63,229 nucleotides of DNA, filler included, from Rhabdomonas costata (GCA_019059605.1; 39 parts of 39 records of this genome joined end to end with filler, not necessarily neighbours in it), one strand, 5' to 3'. Positions 37,661-50,493 are shown, numbered from the whole stretch's first letter. Made by a program: numbers and translations. Notes: generated by a model not told the origin, from the sequence alone.

Positions 37661-38504
37661 ATGACCGTGGTGCAGGGCTGGATCGCAGGGGTTCCCTTTG
37701 TGCTGGCCGAGACGGGGATCCAGCCTGCAGACAACACCGTGGTAGTGCTGCGACGCGACCACCCCCGGCCTGCAGGCGTCGACGATAGTGTGCTGGAAAA
37801 CTTGGGTATGTGTGCCTGGATATGTGTGTCAAACAATTTGAAACTGTGAGTAGAAGGAGATTACTTGACGATCCCATGCAAAAAGAGAGGTGAAGCAGTG
37901 GCCATCGAGCTCGCTGGAACTGCAGTTTAATTCGCCATTCCCCAAGATCTCATTGTTAAAGTGTGTATCTGTGCGGGCGGAAACGTCTGTCAAACCAGCA
38001 CCCTCATGAGTCACCAGAATCGGACAAATCCTTACCCATAATCATTTAAACCGAGATTTCCGCAAGAACGGGGGCAAGGACAGAGATTAGAGCTGGGCCG
38101 GGGTTGGAAATGAGAAGTGAAGCCCAGACACTAAGGCGATCTCAAAATAGCACTCACACACACAGTGCGAAAACGAAACGAACTCGAAACTCTCCCTGAG
38201 TGCTTGTGTGCGAATTGGAGGCGGGCGGTTTTCGGGGGCTCCAGTTTGGGGGATTAGCCTGAACAGCACGGCGGAGGAGAAGGCGGACTCCGACGGCCGC
38301 ACGTTCTGGGTGGGCAACAAGACGGAGTTCGGGCTGCTGGGGTTTGTGAAATTCATGGACTACAGCTTTACAGAGCGCCGCGAGAGCGTCAGCCCAGAGA
38401 ACCGCCGGACCTTCCCGTTCTCCTCCGCCCGCAAGAGGATGACCACCGCCGTCCGCACCAGCACGGGCGCCGTGCTGTGCTACGTCAAGGGAGCCTCAGA
38501 AATG
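37661..38504 (+). CDS. P2B-type (PMCA-like) Ca2+-transporting P-type ATPase, exons 37661-37805 and 38245-38504
   Basis: MTVVQGWIAG...|VWGISLNSTA...GNKTEFGLLGF...FPFSSARKRMTT...YVKGASEM contains the N-domain motifs GNKTE, FSSxRKRM and KGASE. GT-AG intron. Confidence 0.92.
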
Positions 38505-39361
38505 GTTTGCCTCCCTGTTCTCCCTGTATCAAAGGAACCATCATCACATCGTTCTCAGCCTCGGTCATTGGGTCTTATTTTCCATCCTCTTACTGGCCCA
38601 CAACCCTGTCCCCACATCCCACCACCATCGCACAAAACATACTCAAATGCGAACAAACAGACACAAGTGTCCCTAAGTCAAAGAAGAAACCACGACCAAC
38701 TGCCCCTTGTCTGATCAAACCTCAGCGGGTTCGGAAGTGTACGCGCTCGCGCGCGCGCGCGCACACACACACACACACATAGCCTGCAGCGCAACCATGG
38801 ATTAACAATACGGCAACGCCTGCAGATACCGGCTCTTCCCAAGCCAAAAGCCGAAAATGGGAACAACACCACCNNNNNNNNNNNNNNNNNNNNNNNNNNN
38901 NNNNNNNNNNNNNNNNNTTAATTAATTAANNNNNNNNNNNNNNNNNNNNNNNNNNNNNNNNNNNNNNNNNNNNTTGTGTGGGGAGGCGGTAGTCGCACCC
39001 GCAATTCCCAACGAACACGCGGGCCGTGTTGATGCCAGTCCGTACCCTGACAACAAAGCAAATCCCCAGCTCAGTAGCAAAAAAGAACCGCGTTCATCGA
39101 TCATGGTGGCTTTGGGTGGAGCCCCTAAACCTGCTGCACACTCTGAATGAAAAAAACTCTTGTCGCAGGGGAGTTAGGGTTGGGATGCCGCTGTTGGCTT
39201 TCAGACCCCCTGGTGGCTCGATGGCGGCGGAGTGCAGTGTAGGGCCCTGCTGTCATAACACTTTCTTCCACGGGCCGTACACTGTTGGCATTGTTGGGCA
39301 CGTCCTATTGACATAATAACGCGGAAACAATCTCACAGCACAAAAGAGAGACCCAACAGAC

Positions 39362-39960
39362 TTTATTTCCATCATGGCCTCCGCGGACCACCGCTCGTTC
39401 AGCTTGACCAGGGCACCCTGCATTCTCAGCGCCGCTCGGCACGCCGCGGACCGGTGGCCTCGCAGTCGCAGGGGGGCATTCCAAAGCGCCATGATACAGT
39501 CCCCAATGAGCTGGGAAACAAGAAGAGGAAAACAGAAATGGTCCCAAACCTGCAAGAACCGGAAACCGAAGTTGACGCTGAAGCGAAAAGGGAGGGCATA
39601 TCTCGACGTCACCAAAAGTGCACAAGCAATGACACAAGGTATATCCAACCCAGTGAACAGCAAGGTACTTCGAGTTTATTGAAGAGTGAAAGTGATGAAA
39701 TGCGGCGTGTGTGAAAAAGCGCCACGAACACGGGGGGGGGGGAGCATAACGTAATATGTCGCCCCACAACCACGTGCCTGCCCATGTGCCCGGGCAACGA
39801 TAGAAAAAGTTTCAACCATAAACAAGCAAACAAAACCAACACCTCACCTTGTCAAGGATACCCCCAGTGCCCACAATCTCCTCGCACATTGCCTGGAAAA
39901 AATCCGCCATCAGGTTCACCAGCAGGTCAGTAGAAGTTGTCTCACATATGGATGTGAATC
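39362..39960 (-). CDS. Class III adenylate/guanylate cyclase catalytic domain, exons 39848-39960 and 39362-39510
   Basis: GFTSICE...LVNLMADFFQAMCEEIVGTGGILDK|LIGDCIMALWNAP....HRSAACRAALRMQ contains the GFT, G.lDK.iGD and A..AA..MQ motifs. Confidence 0.92.
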
Positions 39961-41909
39961 CTGCGAGCACACAACGCTGAAACTTGGCAAACACTCCACT
40001 TCCTTGGCTAACAGCACGTCGAGGCAACTCCAACCGATCAAACTCGTCTGTGCAAGTGCCGGGGTCACTGCTTTGCAACCATATCGCACATCAGTCAGGG
40101 GTGACCAAATTTTTTGTTTTAAGGTTTTTTTTGGGAAACAAATTTATTTTTTTTTACGTTTTGACTTAGACGATTTTCCAATGTCCGCAAAGTAAACACG
40201 AGGCTAATAAAACCACGGGAAAACAAAAATCAAAATGTGATGCAGATTAAAAGCGTTCACCCGGTCCCTCAGTCACAGGATACATGGCTTATATAGTGTT
40301 TGCGACATATCCGTGTGTTGCAAATGCTAGAAAAGCAACACCATGAACCAAAATTATTCGCTCCGGTATCATACAGGACACGGGAAATGTTTACAACAAT
40401 TTTGCATGAACACAAAACAACCTTACCAACAAGGTGAGCGGAGAAGCCAAAAACCTGAAAAAAAAACTCTACTGACCATGTCTGAGACCAAAAAACCNNN
40501 NNNNNNNNNNNNNNNNNNNNNNNNNNNNNNNNNNNNNNNNNTTAATTAATTAANNNNNNNNNNNNNNNNNNNNNNNNNNNNNNNNNNNNNNNNNNNNTTG
40601 TGGTGTTATGATACCCGTACCCCCGCCTCGCTTAGGTATTTTCCGAAAGTTTTTCATCTCTTCTCAATAGTGCACGTTTATAGTTAGTCACGATGGCCTA
40701 AACCAGGTTCATCTTCCAGAGTACGGCCCGGGGCGGCTGCACGACTAATTGAACTGTTGTCGAACGCGACCACGTGGGACAGAACAGCCGTTCAAAAGAA
40801 GCACTGGTGACAGAGGATAGGAAAGAAAATCGTTGAAACGTGGGGATGAAGAGAAGAACCGTCTTGAGCACTGTTCGTTGAGGGTGTCTCGGCGACCCTC
40901 AGGCCGCATCGCACATTCTACGCAGTTGTCTTGGGGCCCGAAGCGCAGCGGTATATTCGCATATTCGTAGGCTTGCCCGTAAGCAGAACATGCGCCTTTG
41001 GAGCCCGTCTCCGAGAGACTGTGGAAGCGCCTTTCGGGGCTGAAGCCTCAGCATGAAGGCAGGATGGGGAAAAAGCAACCTGACCGGTGTAACTTTTGAA
41101 AATTAAAACCTGCTGGGTCGAAAAGTTTTCATTTGGAATCGAAACAAAAACGCCAAAAAGCGCACCAAACAACGACTGCGAATATAGTTTAATTTTTCCG
41201 GGCAGTTGTCTTTTCACGATAGAAACGGCGATGTCAAAACCGAGAGCCAGCCCAGGGGAACTAACACGTCCTAAACTTTTCGGGTACATTTTTTATACAT
41301 TTCCCTCCAAAAAGGCGAGATTGCAAAAAAAAAAAAGAGAGAGAGAGAGAGTTTCCTGAGGAAATTCGGGACTAATTCATCTTTTCTTTTGTGAAATTAT
41401 ACAAAAATAAGCGCTTTCAGCAGAACCGGACCCTCAGAAGCTGCAAGTGAAAGTGCTTTTGCACCTTTCGCCCCCTGCTTGATTTCTGGGAATCACGGGC
41501 AGGTAAACAGGGTCATTCGGTTTGTTTTCTTTCTGTTGCGTTACTGTTGACAATTGTTGTAGCTGAGGTTCCCGTTGCAGCACTGCTTGCAGCGCGCAAG
41601 ATCAGACTCTGGCTCGGTGAAGCTCCTGCGGGCCTTGCGTGGCAGCAACTCGATATCGCATTACGCTTCTTTTTCACTTCCTGCAGAACCTGAGAGCCGA
41701 CAGGAACGCCGAGTACAGTGTTTCTCTCTGACACCCTCGGAACCCTTCTGCAGATCCTGGCTGTTTCTTTCACAGAAAGAACCTTGCACTTCATAGTATT
41801 CATTCAAGGAAAGGCTCAAAGTTCTGACCTGCGAGGTGTGCATTTTCTGACAACCAATACTGCAAGTCGAGTCCAGTCTGCTCCAACAGGGCCACCTCAT
41901 GGTCGCCTC

Positions 41910-42060
41910 AATCAGCAACGGCCCCAGCGCGTCTCCCTGTTGCACACCTCTCGTTGACTCCACTCGAAAATCGTCACAGAAAACCACCTTAGGAACCGAG
42001 TAGCACGCGGAAGAAAAAGGGAACAAAGAAGGCAACTCCATATTTATTGAACGCATTTTT
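41910..42060 (-). mobile_element. Decayed non-LTR retrotransposon reverse transcriptase fragment (CRE/SLACS/R2-like motif)
   Basis: LPSLFPFSSACYS....RVESTRGVQQGDALGPLL, matching the RT motif GVqQGDpLgPLLF. The frame degrades afterwards. Confidence 0.75.
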
Positions 42061-45000
42061 CTCAGCCTGCTTGAGTTCTTGTTTGAAGTCTGGGGCGAGA
42101 ACCCAAGGTCACACAAACACCNNNNNNNNNNNNNNNNNNNNNNNNNNNNNNNNNNNNNNNNNNNNTTAATTAATTAANNNNNNNNNNNNNNNNNNNNNNN
42201 NNNNNNNNNNNNNNNNNNNNNCCTGTGTATCGGTGTCCTTCATGTCTCCTTTCCGACAGTCCGCACCGGAGCACCTGCTGCCTGGGGAGATGGCTTCCGC
42301 CCCCGCTTGGCGGACAGCCCGGCGCCTTACTACTTTGCAACCGCAACCCCAATCCCTGGTATCCTGGGCCGCGACTTTTTCGTTTCCCTCACGTTTTTGA
42401 GCATGCCCTTGCGGAGTTTGCCTCCGTGTGTTTTTTTGGTGGGGGGGGGGTTCTTCCCTTCCTTCCCGTTCCGTTCCGTTCTACCCCAACCCGTCCTTGT
42501 GCTGTTGTCCTTGTTATTCATGGGTTGCGTTGCAACCAATCGGGAGCCCTTAAACCCATTCACCCATCATCATATAGCCCGTCAAACAACCTACAGCTGT
42601 CTTAAATGGGGTTTGGTTCTGAATGCCTGACCCGCTTCTCCGGAACAGAGGAAATATTCTCAGCCGTGGCGAACGTTTAATGATTTCTCAAAGTAGCATC
42701 TGCCCACGCCATAGCAGGCAGCAACCTGCACCAGCGGTATTGGTCCCCGGGTCCCCAGGGTGCCCCATTGGGTTAACCCCATGTGTCACCCTGAGAAACT
42801 CCCGAGAAAAACTCGGGAAAACCACTTTGGGCGAAAGTGGTGCTCCTAATCAATCCTTTCCAACAAACGGAGATGCACCCCCTGGTGGCCATTCGGCATC
42901 CTGTCGTGACTTAAGGGCAGCGTATCACCCGAATTATATTTTTGAGGGCCCAAGATCCAATGAAAGGCGAGATACGAGCGAGGCCCGGGGGGACCATTTC
43001 GACGTTTCCTAGTGCTGCAGCCCACAACGATTCGGGTGCAATTTGCGGAGTAGGGCATACGAGGGCAGGCGAGGGCTGCCGGAGGACTTCAGGGAGTAGC
43101 CACGCTCCACCGCCGTGGGGTTTTTCAGAGCCCGCTGCGCCCGAACCCCATGGGGAGGCTGCATAAGGAGCTGGAGGCGAGCCGGAGGGAGGTGGCTGAG
43201 CTGCAGAAGGCTTGGGCCGAGAAAGAGGCGGAGCTCCGACAGTCCCTCGCCCGCAGGACGGTTGGTGTCCCTCACACACACACATCTTTGGCTTTTGTTG
43301 GTTCTCATCCTGTATCTTTTTCTCAGCATCAGAATCCTCTTCCTCATTGACATCCTCGTCATTCTCGCCGCCGCCGCTGCTGCCGCCGTCACCATCGCGA
43401 TCAATATTATAATCATCGTGTTGTCGTCCTCATTGTTATCCTCCTCATCATCATCGTCACAACCACCGTCGTCGCCGCCGTCATTATCATCATCATTCGA
43501 GCCTTCTGGACGGTAAGCGAGCTGAGTCATCCCATGGTTTGACTCTTGTCCCATAAATGCACAGGGCAAATTTTTAGGCAGAGAGGAGAGGGAGAGAGAG
43601 AGCGGATGAGGCAGCCCCGGAGCTGAGTCGTAGGTTGCCAGAACATCAATCAGGACAGTGACCAGGGCGATAGTAGAGACTTTCTCTCTTCATGAAGGCA
43701 TCGTTCATGGAAGGAAACAACCACCCCCCCAAACACACCCACCACNNNNNNNNNNNNNNNNNNNNNNNNNNNNNNNNNNNNNNNNNNNNTTAATTAATTA
43801 ANNNNNNNNNNNNNNNNNNNNNNNNNNNNNNNNNNNNNNNNNNNNCGAGAGGCGAAACAGGCCTGGGATCTTTTGTATAATAATAAAATTTGCTATCGAC
43901 GGTCCCAGCTCCAGCTCCCGAGTCGGTCAGGGTCCCCTAAATTCAGCGATTCCATGAAAGTTAAAATAATTTTTTTCAAAGTTATGAAATTTATGAAACT
44001 AATGAAACGTCAGTGACGCCGGTCCCCCCACTCCCCAATAGAAAACTGGCATGACTTGCCGGGGGTGTTGCCCTTGCTGAACAGCCGGTTTCCCCTTCCG
44101 GCCCTAAGGTGAGAGGGACAGCTGCCTAAACAGTCGGAAGACGTCACAACAAAAGCTACGCGTTGACCTCATTTGGCAAAACCTCGCACGCCTTAGCACG
44201 GCCGTGCTCGCTTTTTTATTTTCTCGAGTTCGACCATGTTTGACTGAATGACACTGAAGACCATGGTAACTCCCAGCCATTCATGGTAGGGAGGGAAGGT
44301 GTGGATATGGCAAAGGTGGGGTGTGGGTAAAACACGGGAGTGGGGTGGCTCCGACCGCACCACGTCCAGCCTTCGCAAATAATTCAATCCCTCACGGAGA
44401 GTTAGAGACTTAGGGGACAAAGCAGAGGTCCACTGAAGGGGCAAGCGCTTGCATTGGGTTGGTTTTTTGTTTCCGCCTAAAGTCTGCGCATCACAGCATC
44501 GTCCATGGTCACTCGGGAAAATGTTGTCTTGAAAACACTACGGTCTATTTGACCTCAAGACAAAAACGCAAACAAAGACCCCGATTATGCCATCGAAGAC
44601 AAAACCATTTTAAAACGGTAATGAACAAAAAAACAACTCCCGAAACGCAATGTGTCCGGTCCTCGCATCCTCAGGCTGGGTACCCCACCGCGTCCCGTGG
44701 CGGCTCTTTCCTGCACATGTTTTCATTTCACTTGTTTGATCTGCAGACCGGACGCAGCGCAACACGTATCACCAGAAAAGGGAGTGTTCCTAAGAGAAAA
44801 TGCTCGGCCAAATGGTGCGAGGCAGCAGAAAAGGCCAGAGGATATAATGGAAACCCATCCAAAACGAGCGATGGTCTCCCCGCCCAATGGAAGACAAGGA
44901 GATTCCTCGCAAGAAAAGGAAGCCGACAACTTCCACAAAATCCAAGTTGGTTCGGACAGTTGCCTTCATACGACCACCTCACACCATTCGGATACCTCAA

Positions 45001-46319
45001 AATGCTTGGGGAGGCAGCACACAGATGCGCAAGTTTGACGCTGACGCCAATGCTCTGCTCCGGAATTTAGTAGGTAACCGATAACTTAACACTGGAACGC
45101 CGCCTCCCTTCCATCCTGGGCCCCTGGGAATCGGACCCGGAAGGTCTCAGTCACCGTTCCATCGTTTCAGGACCTTACCGCTAATTGATAGGTTCCGGAT
45201 ACAGAGAGGAAAGTGAGCAGCTGTAAATCAATGCACGGATCAGAAAGAGCACAACCAACACGGGCCACCCCTCCCATTGACACACACGCGTACAGTCAAC
45301 CGGCACACGCGCAAAAGGCCCAAAGTCAAAGCTTGTTGGGGAAGCAAGGCGAGCCAGGTCACACCAACANNNNNNNNNNNNNNNNNNNNNNNNNNNNNNN
45401 NNNNNNNNNNNNNTTAATTAATTAANNNNNNNNNNNNNNNNNNNNNNNNNNNNNNNNNNNNNNNNNNNNTTTGTTGGTTGTGTTTGGTTTGTGTGTGGAG
45501 CAACCGCTATCAACGAGGCTTCTGTATGCTTTGAATTTTGCGCCATCTTTGCGCGCAAAATTTGATACAATGGGCCTTGACATTGTAGCTACCTACGCGA
45601 ATGATTGGCTACACAAAATCGGATATTAAATGTTTCTAAAGACAACGTTGTAGCGTCCCGTGTCGGATAAGTTTTTTTACCTGAGTTTGTACTGGTTGCA
45701 ATACTGCATAAGCCGCGTGGTATGATTACCGGCAGGTTCGCGGCCTCGCATTCGATTTTCGAAAAAGTGAATTCGGCATGTACGTGACAAATTCTCAAGA
45801 AGTCGCAAATCTGGATGAGACAATCGTCGAAAAATCGAGACAATGTCATAAATGGTTGGATTTTGCGTGGAATTGCAGTTTGAATGCTTTGTGTACTCTG
45901 CATACATCCTTATACTACTGATGACATCTGCTGAAGTATTACGCATGATTAATATAGCAATCTGTGCTTTAAGAAAGAATTAATTTCAGTGCTGTCTTCT
46001 TATAACGTTGGAAGGCTATCCGCAAGCAACCTTCCGCGCTCATGACGTTGGATTCCCTGCAAGCTACTGGCGCACGATGAGGGATCTACGAAAGCAACCT
46101 CCCGCGGTCACAAAAACTGTGCACTAGTCTTCCGGATGTTTGCACTCGCATATGGGGTCGCATAACTGAACGTCTCTGAATGTCTCTTCAAGATTATTAG
46201 CGGAACGGTGTTTGAAACACTTGGTCAAACTTGCACGTTACTTGCGCTGGCTGGGGTCCTCCCTGTGGCTGAAGCGGGCCTCTTGGGTGGTGCGGGAGTG
46301 GCCCTGTCTCCTTCCACCA

Positions 46320-46844
46320 CTAGTTTGACTGATCCACACTCTTTTGATTCTCTCCCGGACCCTTAGGCACACTGCTCTGGACCACGTCTGCCTTAGCCAA
46401 CTCGCAGTCTCTGTAGAAATGATTAGAACTTCCGCAATATAAACAGACTCTGGAGGGGATCAACGGCTTCGAGTCTTCCAAACTTGACCTTGCAAATGGC
46501 GACGGACGACTACTCTTAGTCCCCTGTAAAGTTGGGCTTGACGGTCGAGTCAAGGAATCTTCTCTCCTTGGGAACGAGAGAATTCTTGGCCTTCCACTTC
46601 GGGCTGGTGACGGTGATCGGTAATAACCTCGTCCGTTTCCCATGTAACACCGACCTCAAAACAGCGACATTCCTCTGCCTTGATTCGGCCTTCTTTCTGT
46701 AGAAGGGGTGCGCGCCACGTTGAACTGATGAAGTGGTGGGGTGGAAAACATCACTGAACTCGCTAGCACTGTTGTGGCTAGTGTCGTAGACGCCGACATA
46801 TCAAGAAGATTCGAATTCCTCCGCAACATGCTCACATCTGACAC
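46320..46844 (-). mobile_element. Gag-like remnant with a CCHC zinc knuckle (retrotransposon), interrupted by stops
   Basis: S/P/R-rich frame containing CLYCGSSNHFYRDC (C-x2-C-x4-H-x4-C), with an in-frame TGA at 46656-46658. Confidence 0.6.
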
Positions 46845-47101
46845 CCATCTTAAAGCTGTGGATGTGGCACCGGCTGCACTACGCTCTCCCGACGTCAGTA
46901 ATGCCGTACTCCCAGAAAACGGGGTGTACCCGTATCGTATCGTCTAAGTCCATTGACGTGCCCCCCGTCGCTATGCTTCTCTGAACACACCACNNNNNNN
47001 NNNNNNNNNNNNNNNNNNNNNNNNNNNNNNNNNNNNNTTAATTAATTAANNNNNNNNNNNNNNNNNNNNNNNNNNNNNNNNNNNNNNNNNNNNTGTGTGT
47101 G

Positions 47102-47224
47102 GTAATATTAGCATGTGAGACATGTATAGATAAAAAAGAATATGGAACTGATTTTTATTGTGTTAATTGTCAAATATGTAAAGAAGAAGTAGTAACAGTA
47201 AAACAACTTTTTTATGTAAATTAA
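47102..47224 (+). CDS. C-terminus of a RING-type zinc-finger protein (5' truncated), virus-like AT-rich DNA
   Basis: VILACETCIDKKEYGTDFYCVNCQICKEEVVTVKQLFYVN* has CxxC...CxxC followed by a ..v..v..lf tail, like the last two Cys pairs of a RING domain. Confidence 0.55.
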   Translation, partial: VILACETCIDKKEYGTDFYCVNCQICKEEVVTVKQLFYVN

Positions 47225-47225
47225 A

Positions 47226-47256
47226 TTTTTTATTATTATGATTTAATAATAAAAAA
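47226..47256. terminator. AT-rich hairpin just downstream of the RING-like gene's stop codon
   Basis: TTTTTTATTATTA / TAATAATAAAAAA, a perfect 13-bp stem with a 5-nt loop. Confidence 0.55.
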
Positions 47257-47261
47257 ATTGA
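47254..47261 (+). promoter_or_regulatory. AAAATTGA, Mimiviridae-type early promoter motif
   Basis: Exact octamer about 100 nt upstream of ATG 47360, in AT-rich intergenic DNA. Confidence 0.55.
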
Positions 47262-47359
47262 AAAATAAAAATACTGCACAATATACATACAACAACATAA
47301 GCAGATTCCTTTGGAACCAAAAAGCTCTTTTTGTCCAAGCCTTAGCAAATCGTAACGAG

Positions 47360-48178
47360 ATGTCGTCTTCTCTGCCAGAGATTGCCCCAGCCCCAACTGC
47401 TGTCTTTTCTTTGCGTCAATCGCGAACTATGGACCGACCTCAACAAATCCGAGATTTGAGCATAGCCAGTACAGTTAGCACAAACAGTAATGTATCACGT
47501 GCGTCTACGACAATTAGACATAAGCGCTTGTTGTCGAGAAAACAGATTACCGACAATTACATTGACGTAAAAATGGACACTAAAACACTTATTAAACAAA
47601 AAGAACAGAAGATTTATGAGCTATTTGGGGAAGTAAAATCTACCAACGGTCAAAACTTCGGATTTTACTTGACGTTAACCGCTTTGATTAGATACTACAA
47701 CAAGTTTGTGAAGACTTGTGGAGTTACATCCTTTTTCGAGTATGATATGGGACCAGAAGAACAGCTAACTTTTGTTGGGCACGACGATTTTAACAACGTG
47801 TTTGACAAAATCAAGAATCTGTTTAGCAGCATTGAGAGTGATGGAAAATTAAATCCTTTCACAAAGATTGTTATCATGACAGAAGCAATCTATGCAGCTT
47901 ACTGCCAACAATCGCGCGAGAAGGAGCGATCACGTCCTAATCCACGGCCTCGTTTCCCACAACATGAATCGTCTCCAACAGCAACTTATCAAACACCGGT
48001 CGAAGAAATCACAGCTATTGCAAGAGAACCACGAGCCGAGACTCGTGGTTTTGCAGTACTAGAGCGCGATGACAGCCTCCGACGAGATTCAGAACAAATG
48101 ATGGCTCGAACAAGGCGCCAGAGAGATAGACATGGGCCATGCACTTATAAACCTCCCATGTCTGCGTCGTCTAATTAG
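47360..48178 (+). CDS. Intronless hypothetical protein (272 aa), probable giant-virus ORFan
   Basis: Longest clean ORF in the window, ATG 47360 to TAG 48178, with no introns, flanked by the motif and hairpins. No family recognised. Confidence 0.75.
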   Translation: MSSSLPEIAPAPTAVFSLRQSRTMDRPQQIRDLSIASTVSTNSNVSRASTTIRHKRLLSRKQITDNYIDVKMDTKTLIKQKEQKIYELFGEVKSTNGQNFGFYLTLTALIRYYNKFVKTCGVTSFFEYDMGPEEQLTFVGHDDFNNVFDKIKNLFSSIESDGKLNPFTKIVIMTEAIYAAYCQQSREKERSRPNPRPRFPQHESSPTATYQTPVEEITAIAREPRAETRGFAVLERDDSLRRDSEQMMARTRRQRDRHGPCTYKPPMSASSN

Positions 48179-48231
48179 GCAATCTGCTTCTTTGCGACAG
48201 TCAGTCCATTTATATAGCAGGCCCGACTGAC

Positions 48232-48274
48232 TCTTTTTTGAAAAAACTAAATTATTTTATTTTTTCAAAAAAGA
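48232..48274. terminator. Perfect 15-bp hairpin between convergent genes (Mimivirus-type 3'-end hairpin)
   Basis: TCTTTTTTGAAAAAA (48232-46) / TTTTTTCAAAAAAGA (48260-74), 13-nt loop, between the stop codons at 48178 (+) and 48276 (-). Confidence 0.7.
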
Positions 48275-48275
48275 T

Positions 48276-48557
48276 TTATATACCTGATATTTTATCAAAT
48301 ATACAACCAATTTCTTTTCTATTAAATACACATCCTGAACCAAACATTGTAGAACGTAATTTGTCACGTAATGGTTCATATGGTAATTTTGGTAAATCGT
48401 CTTTGTCATAATTATTTTCACGTTGAATTGTACATTCTGGTAAACTACGATCAGTCATTATAAACTCATCTGTAAAATTCCAAATCCAATTATGAGAACA
48501 ACAATTACGTTCTTTACATGAAAATAAGAAATTAGGTTGATTACAAATTGGCGGCAT
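48276..48557 (-). CDS. AT-rich hypothetical protein, probably only the C-terminal part
   Basis: 93-codon open frame in very AT-rich DNA, convergent on the hairpin. Its 5' side is cut off by a fold-back at the contig end. Confidence 0.55.
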   Translation of the reverse strand: MPPICNQPNFLFSCKERNCCSHNWIWNFTDEFIMTDRSLPECTIQRENNYDKDDLPKLPYEPLRDKLRSTMFGSGCVFNRKEIGCIFDKISGI

Positions 48558-48611
48558 AGTTGGATTTGGAATTTTACAGATGAGTTTATAATGACTGATC
48601 GTAGTTTACCA
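48438..48611. repeat. Perfect inverted repeat with 52-bp arms at the contig end
   Basis: 48438-48489 is the reverse complement of 48560-48611. Confidence 0.95.
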
Positions 48612-50348
48612 CAACCCNNNNNNNNNNNNNNNNNNNNNNNNNNNNNNNNNNNNNNNNNNNNTTAATTAATTAANNNNNNNNNNNNNNNNNNNNNNNNNNN
48701 NNNNNNNNNNNNNNNNNCTCCTATGAACCAACTGCAGACCCGCAGGTGCTGTGGCTAAGTGCGGCGGACCCCCGGACCGGTTCACTCCAGTCTTCATCCT
48801 CCTCAAGCTAAGCATCGAGCCCCATACCCCCCGCTGTCACCAAGACCCTCTCCAGCGCCTCCTGGCCTCTCACTCGGCGTGGAGTCCCACACAGTCTCTG
48901 GGGCCGCTAAGCAGGAGCACCTCCACCGCATACGCTCTCTGCCGTACCTCCAACACCACTGTGTCCACATGTTTTTGTGGTTGTATCGGGAAAATTAGAG
49001 AAACGCTGCGAACGAACGGAACGCAGGCCCATCAACCTGTAAAAAAATGGCATACCAACCAAAAGCCAACGCATCTTCTACAATCGGGACTCAACCTTTT
49101 GTTCGAAAATCATATCGGGACAATTTACATGGAATACCCGGTATATGTGGCTTGTGTACTTGATTGTCTACATGAGGCACCCTCCAAACTTCTTAAGAAG
49201 GATATGGCTGCACCGGCGAGGAAAATCAAGCAAGCCGATGTGTCATTCGGGTGAGCCTGTGAGATCAGGCAGGAAAAATCGCATTCAAAGAACGTGGGAG
49301 TATTTAGTTAGTGACAAGCCTCTTTGTGCATGAGTGCGAGAGCGAGATAGAAGCGGGCACCTTTCTCCAGCACTCGATTGGCATGTCCTTGTCCACAAGG
49401 CGGCTTACTGGGCATGCTGCACCTCTGAGGAAGGGCTGAAAACTACTTGGCATGGGGACGGCATAACTGCCAGGCCTCTGTGTTCCTCTCTGCCTCTCTG
49501 GTTTCAGGTTGAGCAGGAAAAATCCTGAGCGTGCTTCCCTGCTGCACCAGTGGTTCAAAGAAAAAAAGGAAAACCGGCAAGAAAGGGCAGCAAAAAGTCG
49601 ACCTGCAGTGCACATGATTTATTTCTCGACCCATCAAAAGCAAAAGCCATTCTTTCATTTCTGTGAACCACAAAATCCATAATCAATTTCAAAGCGGCAT
49701 AGTCAACGCGCTAAAGAAATGACTTTGTGTGTGTCTGTGTGTGCGTGTGGCGTTTTATGGCTCAAGCACAAAGTCTGACATGGTGAATGCCAACGCTGAG
49801 TTATGGGGGACCTTTCTTTCAATGGCGTAAAGAACGGAGTAAAAATGGTCAACGGATGCTGCAAATAATTCCCGGTGTCAAAGGAGGTTTTTGCCATTGC
49901 TCCAGGCAATGAGCACCCATTTCTGTTCCAGGAAAGTGACCTCTTCGTACCGTCAGCATGCTACCACCGAGGGTTCAGGTGTCCCATCCCTCTCTTCGAG
50001 AATACACACCATGAAAACTGCACAGGAAAAATCCCAATGGGATCCAAGGCAAGCAACGCAGCACGCAATAATTGTTGCACACACATTTTTCTTTTGCCAA
50101 AGTCAGGTGCGATTACGTCCGGTACTTCCCCTCGTAAACTGAGAACGAGCTAAATTCTGCCCGGCTCTCCTTCGTCTGCTGCGCAAACACTGTCTTCCCC
50201 ATACCTTCCAATCGTTGCTTATGAGAGGAATCAACACACACNNNNNNNNNNNNNNNNNNNNNNNNNNNNNNNNNNNNNNNNNNNNTTAATTAATTAANNN
50301 NNNNNNNNNNNNNNNNNNNNNNNNNNNNNNNNNNNNNNNNNTTTTTGG

Positions 50349-50493
50349 GGTACATCCCATTGTTGGTCACAGGTCATAGCTTGTAGAATGTGTAGTGTCG
50401 CTCAGAACGGTGACACAACAGAGTACAACGTACGTTCTAAGCGACACTACACATTCTACAAGCTATGACCTGTGACCAACAATGGGATGTACC
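50349..50493. repeat. Inverted repeat with ~61-bp arms at the contig start
   Basis: 50349-50409 matches the reverse complement of 50433-50493 with one mismatch. Confidence 0.95.

Noticed and set aside
43009-43569. Acidic ORF with poly-D/poly-A (minus strand)
   Set aside because: It arises from trinucleotide microsatellite-like intron DNA. The likely real exon is a short coiled-coil on + (~43129-43260) of unknown identity.
48438-48611. Inverted repeat as a viral genome terminus
   Set aside because: It copies coding sequence of the adjacent ORF exactly and sits at the amplicon end, so a fold-back artefact is more likely.
50349-50493. Hairpin as a structured ncRNA or miRNA precursor
   Set aside because: It starts right at the contig edge, with the same geometry as the other two fold-backs.
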